Origin: Candidatus Saccharimonadota bacterium
GTDB lineage: Bacteria > Patescibacteriota > Gracilibacteria > BD1-5 > UBA6164
Assembly: GCA_965227835.1 (NCBI GenBank)
Contig: OZ245768.1
Coordinates: 1,380,001 to 1,412,000 of the forward strand
Direction of reading: 5' to 3'
Length of the DNA: 32,000 nucleotides
Shown: in pieces, positions 26,437 through 32,000 of the stretch
Layout: the number at the start of each line of letters is the position of its first letter
How positions within the stretch are numbered: the stretch's first letter is position 1
The notes under the pieces: model-generated
What the model was told of the DNA's origin: nothing
The model's input: the letters and a program-made list of their open reading frames with translations, nothing else
The model's database searches: none
Made by a program: the position numbers and the translations under genes

Positions 26437-27057
26437 TTAACCAATTTCCTTAAAATAAAGCTTTTTTTCCAATATATACTCAACTATTTCTGGAATAAGA
26501 AATCTATTTAGTGCTTTTTGTAGATCTAGCTTATTTTTTCTTATCTCTTCTCTAACCATAGATGAAGAAATATCATTTTCACTTACCTGTTCTACCAGAT
26601 TAAAATTTTCTATATCTCTTGTATTAATAACATATCAAGGTCTTTCTATAATTATTTTTTTTAAAAACCTTTCTATATAAGAGTCTTTATTTCAAGACCA
26701 ATATTTTATGTCTGGTATTACATCAATTCAAAATATATGATAGGGAGAGTGTCCAAGTTTATCTTTGAAATATTCATCCACATTTACAGTATTTGTGTAT
26801 CAATTATTTTTTCATTCTAAAAAATGTGTATCTAGCTCTACATTTAGTCATTCATTTTTTAGATTTTCAAAAAATAATTCTATTAGCTTTAATTTATCAT
26901 TATCATTTATTCAATAGTTTTTATCTAACCTTTTTCAATCAGGTGTTAGTATTATTTTATCTATACAAGAATTATTTAATACTTTTTTTATTATGCTTTT
27001 ATGTCATAGATGAGGAGGGTTAAAAGCTCATCAGTATATTGCTATATTTGTTTTCAT
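26437..27057 (-). CDS. nadD: Nicotinate-nucleotide adenylyltransferase
   Basis: MKTNIAIYGGAFNPPHLGHKSII… ((H/T)xGH motif) and a C-terminal …ISSSMVREEI… (ISST-like motif); 206 aa. Confidence 0.88.
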
Positions 27058-27063
27058 ATTTTT

Positions 27064-27897
27064 TTATTTGGTTTTAAATCCTTGTTCTTCTAGTTCTCTG
27101 CTACTCCATATATTTAAATAACTTGTTGGTATTAAGAAAGTTATTTTCTCTTCATAACTTTTTACCTCTACACTAAATTCTTCTCACTTTGGAATATCTT
27201 CTATTTTTTCTCAATCACAATTTATTTGCATAGGATTAAGCCTTCAAACATTTTTTACTTCTATTAAATTATGACTAGGTACAAGAATTGACGTACTAGG
27301 ACAGTTGGAAGGTGCTTTTGGAGTTATTCCAATTAAATCAGTATTATGACGGATTATGGTTCATCCTAAGCTTTTATTGTATGCAGTAGATCATATTCAA
27401 GAGTATATAATAGCTCAGTCTCATCTTAATGATTTATTAAACTTTAAAGGTGAAATGAAACTTTGTGAGTCTAAATTTCTTAAATATTCGGTAACTTCTA
27501 TTAAAATGTCTACAGGTCTTCAACTATTTGCTCTTATATCTACTTCATTTACAGCTATAGTTTCTTTGGATCCACTTTTTGTATTTACAAAGATTTTTAA
27601 TATTTGTAACTTTTTTTCTACATATAGGCTTCAATCATTCACATATTCCTTTTCATTTAGTAAATATCATTTATTTCAAAAGTTTATTCACAAAAAAGGT
27701 AAACTCCTGCTATGATTTTCTTTTATTGCTCTTATCATTGTACCATCTCATCATAAAACTATAACTACATCTTTTTTTATAGAATCAATTATAGTTGCTA
27801 TATTTGCAGGTTCTAAAAAACTTCTTAATTCATTGTTTTTCTCAAAAGAATAATCATCGTAACATACAATGCTATTTCATATTTTCCTAGTTTCCAT
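27064..27897 (-). CDS. nadK: NAD+ kinase
   Basis: …VVIVLGGDGTMIRAIK… (GGDGT), …GINFGNKGYL…, …NEVDI…, …GDGAIIYSGIGSTAYNKSLGGTII…; 277 aa. Confidence 0.88.
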
Positions 27898-27925
27898 AAT
27901 TAAACAGATTAAATATAAACTTTAT

Positions 27926-28846
27926 TTACTCATATAATATAATATTTCTTATTAGATCTGACATTTCTAAAACTTTCATATTTGGTGTATTTTTAGCTCT
28001 TTCTATATTTGTTGGTATTGAGTCAGAGACAATTAACTCATCTACTTCTTGTGCCACTTTTTTATGAGAGTTTTCAGGGAATACTCAGTGAGGAATATAT
28101 ACTCTTACACTTTTTGCTCACTTTTCTCTTAGTTTATTAACTGCCTCTATTACTGTTCATCCTGTTTGAATTAGGTCGTCTATTATTAGAATATCTTTTC
28201 ATTCAGGATTTCACTCTTTTATCCATATCTTTCTTTTATCTCACTCTAATCTTCTTTTTTCACAAACTATTTTTTCAAAATCTTTAAATTGAGGATTAAA
28301 TCTCTTATATGCTCATTCATCTGGAAAAGCTATTTGTACATTTTCTTCAATTTCTTCTTTGATCAAATGCATAGTAGTGTGAAGTTCTGGATTTATTCTG
28401 TCTAAGTTGAAATAATTTCTTGTTCATAAATCGTGTATATCAAAAATATGTATAGAATTTTTTTTATCTCTTCCTGGTGGTATACTAGAAATTAAATCTG
28501 CAAAAATTTTAGCAGTTATTACTCTTCATCTTACATCTTCTTTTTCCATTGTTCAACAAGGAAAAAATGGCATTATTATACGAAGTTTATCAGCATTATT
28601 TGATACTATAGTTGATAATATAGATAAATGATCAAACATAGTTTTCCTTTCAGAAAAATCTCATATATATGTTACATCTTTGTGTTCTATATATTTTTCT
28701 GTTTCTTCTAACAAAAAATTAGGCCACTTATCTTTGAATAGATCCTTTTGGACTTTTCATATGTTTATACCTCTCTCTTTTCAAAAACATTTTGGTAATT
28801 CTTTAGAAATATGAGAAAATTTCTCATCTATTATAACTGTTTTCAT
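27926..28846 (-). CDS. prs: Ribose-phosphate diphosphokinase (PRPP synthetase) family protein
   Basis: …LRIIMPFFPCGTMEKED…, …IHIFDIHDLGTRNYF…, …IAFPDEGAYKRF…, and the PRPP loop …DILIIDDLIQTGGTVIEA…; 306 aa. Divergent N-terminus. Confidence 0.75.
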
Positions 28847-28854
28847 ATATTTTT

Positions 28855-30630
28855 TTATTGTTTTAAAATTAAATTTTTTAGTTTTTTATATTTTTCTCAA
28901 AAATAAACTGGGTTTTGGGCTTCTCTATATTCAAATCAAAAACTTGATTTACTTATAGTGAGTATTGGTGGAGACTGGACCCTTTTAAAATAGTTTATAT
29001 TTAATAGATTCCATATTTTTTCAATTTCTTCTATAAATTTATTTTCATTTTCAAAGTAACTGGATATTTCTTGGGGTATTCATAAAAATTCTTTTAGTTC
29101 TCATTTTAGATACATATCAAGTATATCTGCTGGTTCTTTTTTCTTTTCTATGAGTGCTTGGTTAAGTTTTGATGTAAATTCATAGTTGAATGGATCTCAA
29201 TTTCAAGATTCTACATCTTGTTTATCACTTAGTTCCGCACTTGGGACTATATCTATTATACCTTGTGGTATAAGTTCTCCATATTTTTTATTTATGTATT
29301 TTGAAAGTTCATATACTTGTGTTTTATATAAATCTCAAAGTACGCAGAATGCTCATGCTACATCTCAATATAGTGTTGCATATCATAGAGCTATTTCATC
29401 TTTATTTCCATTGTTTGTAAAAACGGCTCATATATTACTTGCCATATCTGCTAGTATTTGTCACCTTTCTCTGGCTTGTATATTTTCTATTTCAAAATCT
29501 GTGGGTGCTTTTCAGCTTGTTTGTGTTATTTGTTTTATTTTTAGATCTATTGATTCTTGTATTGGAAATATCTTATATTCTACTCAGAGTTTTTGGGCAC
29601 ATTCTTGAGCTAGGTTTTTTGTGGTTTTTGAATTAAACTTAGAGGGCATATTTATGGTAAAAACATTTTTGCTTCATAGTGCAATGGTACATAGTGCGGC
29701 ACTTAATGCACTGTCTATTCAACCACTTAGTCATATAACAACTTTTTCTTGAGATATATTTTTCATATACTCTCTTATGTAGTATATACTTGTTTCAAGT
29801 ATTTGCTCTAGCTCGTTTTTTTCTTCATCAATTGTGGCATTTTCTTCTTTTGTATAGTCCTTTATTCATTGCAGTTTTTTTCAGTTTTCATATATACTAC
29901 TTCCTCATTCAAATATAAATACATTTTTTCAGTTATTTTGTTGTCATATAGGATTTACATAGGCTAGCTTGCCTTTTCTGCTAGCTTTTTTTAATATCCT
30001 ATTTCTCATGTCAAATTTATTTAATCCAAATGGTGATGCTGATGGTACAGCTATTAAATCTGGGCTATGTTTTCTTGTTAGTTTTACAGGGTCTATATTG
30101 TAATCTCCATTTATATTCCATATATCTTCGCATATAAGTACAGACACTTTTGTTATAACTCAGTTTATTTCTATTTCTATTGGTTTGTAATACTGTTCTA
30201 GTGGTTTTTGTTCTTCTTTTGCCAAGGTTTGAAGAGAAGTAAAATATCTTTTGTCATCAAACATACGATAGTTTGGTAAAAGTGTTTTGTGTACTTTTCC
30301 TAGTAGTTTTCAGTTTTGGCTTATAAATGCTGTGTTGTATTTTCTTATACTCCCATCTTCATTTTTCTTTCTTTCGTCAATATCTATATTTCCCCATATT
30401 CAGGCTATCCCATTTTCATCTAATATTTGTATTATTCTCTGGTTTATCTCTCTGCACTCTTTTACAAAACTATCCCTTAACCATCTATCTCAGATCATAT
30501 ATCAGGGTATACACATTTCTGGTAGGATTAAAAGTCATCATTTTGGAGTTTTTTTTGCCATTTCTTCAACTCATTTTAGATTTCTTTCGGGATCTCATGC
30601 ATATACCTGCATTTGTCATAATTTTATCAT
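28855..30630 (-). CDS. nadE: Glutamine-dependent NAD+ synthetase (CN-hydrolase plus synthetase domains)
   Basis: N-terminal nitrilase-type domain (MIKLGQMQVYAGDPERNL…LPEMCIPGY…VLICEDIWN…). C-terminal N-type ATP-PPase domain (…VVIGLSGGIDSALSA…NKDEIALGYATLYGDVAG…VPSAEL…). The track ORF 29944-30147 is an internal piece, and the plus-strand ORFs 29186-29636 are antisense artefacts. Confidence 0.92.
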
Positions 30631-31709
30631 AGTCTTTGTATTATTATATTTTTAAAATCATTTGCCACTGTTTCTATTTCTTCAAAGTTTTCTAAGTTTT
30701 CTATGTAGTATCTTTCTGGCATTTCTCAACTTAAAGCTCAAACCATATTTCATACTATTGATCAATAGCTATCAGTATCTCATCATATGCTTACTGAATC
30801 TATTATTGCTTGAAAACTTTGTTCTCTTAAAAATATACAGTAGGTTATTGCCAGTGTTGTAGCTATTTGTCCGGATTTTTTTATATCGTCTCCCCATCAA
30901 AAATTTTCTAATATTTCATCATCACTTATTATAAGTTTTCATTTTTTTGAAAATTCTTTCATTTTCTCAAATATTTGTCTAATTTTTGCAAGTTCTTGTC
31001 ATTCCAAAGTGTCTTTTTCTGGAGCTGATTTTTTATCTGTCAATTCTTCGTAAGTTCTTATTTTTCTAGTCATATATTCTAAAAATTCTCACACATTTAT
31101 ATTTCAATTGCTATTTAGAATATATCTAAAACCTATATCATGTATAATGCTTGCCAGTTTTTGAGGGTAGCTGTTGTGTGTTAATCTGGTAAAATCAATG
31201 ATTTCTCTATTTGGTGCCTCCCAAAGTGTAAGAGGTGCTTGTTTCATCATAATTCCACATCACATAGAACTACTTTCTATACTTAATAGTTTGTTTATGT
31301 CTTTGTATTCTCTAAAGTGTTTTATAGCTTTTCTCGTAGCTCCTCAAAATCCATATGGAAATTTGTCATAACCTTGCATTGTTTTTTCCATAATATCATA
31401 TAAATCTATTGTCTTTTTTTCTGTAATGGATTTCATAACTGCCATAGTAAGAATTGTATCGTCTGATATTTTTCATACTTCTTTTGATGATAATTCTAAT
31501 CCAGCTTTTATGAAGTAAGTATTCCATCATGAAGGCAGGTAAAAATCTATTTTTGAAGAGCTTTTATGCAGAATGTCTTGTATTTCTTGTTTTGTTTTCG
31601 TTTCTACTGGTAATCATAGTGCATCTCATACTGCTCAGTTTATAAGTATTGCCGGTATTTTTTCTGCTTTTTTTAACTCAAAGTTTTTACTTCCTATTTT
31701 ATCTTTCAT
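30624..31709 (-). CDS. ADP-ribosylglycohydrolase (ARH/DraG) family protein
   Basis: …AILINGAVGDALGLPVE… near the N-terminus and …SVSIGGDTDSYGSIVGNMVGALSG… near the C-terminus, the two metal-binding signature regions of the family. 361 aa. It ends cta tga taa, overlapping the nadE ATG. Confidence 0.8.
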
Positions 31710-31729
31710 TTGATTTGGTGTTTAATGAT

Positions 31730-32000
31730 TTAAACTAAAACCTCATTTTTTTTCATTCAATTCACTCAAAAAATTCTTTTAAACCTTTCAACTCTATTTT
31801 CTTCTCCCATAGCTTTTTCTGGATTATCTGATAATTTTACAGCAGATTCTCATCCTGCTTGAGTAACTTTACATACTTGAGAGAAAGCTCTAAATCCAGG
31901 TATTTCTGATGCTATTCATTTACAATCATTTGTAGTCATAGTTCACATAGCTTGTGGTAATCTCATTATTCTACTTGATAATTCTCTTACATTTTGTACT
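31730..32000 (-). CDS. pncB: Nicotinate phosphoribosyltransferase, C-terminal fragment (5' end outside window)
   Basis: …AMGTMTTNDCKG…FSQVCKVTQAGGESAVKLSDNPEKAMGEENRVERFKRIF… parallels the PncB C-terminus (FGIGTxLTxD … KPVAKLSDSPGKT…). Only 89 codons are visible. Confidence 0.6.

Noticed and set aside
27926-28846. The Prs-like gene as part of a phage-type NAD reconstitution pathway (Adps/Namat, NARP1)
   Set aside because: The neighbours are the standard chromosomal Preiss-Handler enzymes, and the PRTase fragment looks like PncB. Ordinary PRPP supply is the simpler reading. It is kept only as a testable alternative inside the NAD operon finding.
29186-30862. Plus-strand ORFs (140, 65, 122, 101 and 66 aa)
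   Set aside because: They are antisense to nadE and to the ARH gene, with hydrophobic low-complexity translations typical of shadow ORFs.

Overview
Low-GC bacterial chromosomal window that only makes sense if TGA is read as glycine (genetic code 25, Absconditabacteria/SR1 or Gracilibacteria). The supplied standard-code ORF track is therefore badly fragmented, and several of its longest ORFs are antisense artefacts. I re-translated by eye with TGA=Gly. Left to right the window contains: an F1 ATP synthase block (atpA 3' end, atpG, an inserted small membrane ORF, atpD, atpC); a PrsW-like membrane protease; endonuclease III; small hypotheticals; PilC/GspF; a stress cluster (Hsp20, YtxH-like, a secreted protein, a zinc-finger-less DnaJ/CbpA-like protein); a thioredoxin-fold protein with a Gly/Cys tail; L25/Ctc; a fused MNT-HEPN protein, RadC and an HD hydrolase; and gyrB. 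Next come four tRNAs, a complete 16S-23S-5S operon and two more tRNAs. An intact IS30-family element follows. After it lies a GHKL-ATPase gene with a PD-(D/E)xK-like C-terminus (candidate single-gene defence protein) that is split by an IS200-type element. The window ends with a tightly packed minus-strand NAD salvage operon (pncB 3' end, ADP-ribosylglycohydrolase, nadE, prs, nadK, nadD). All coordinates and translations were derived manually, no database search was possible, and family names rest on recognised motifs.
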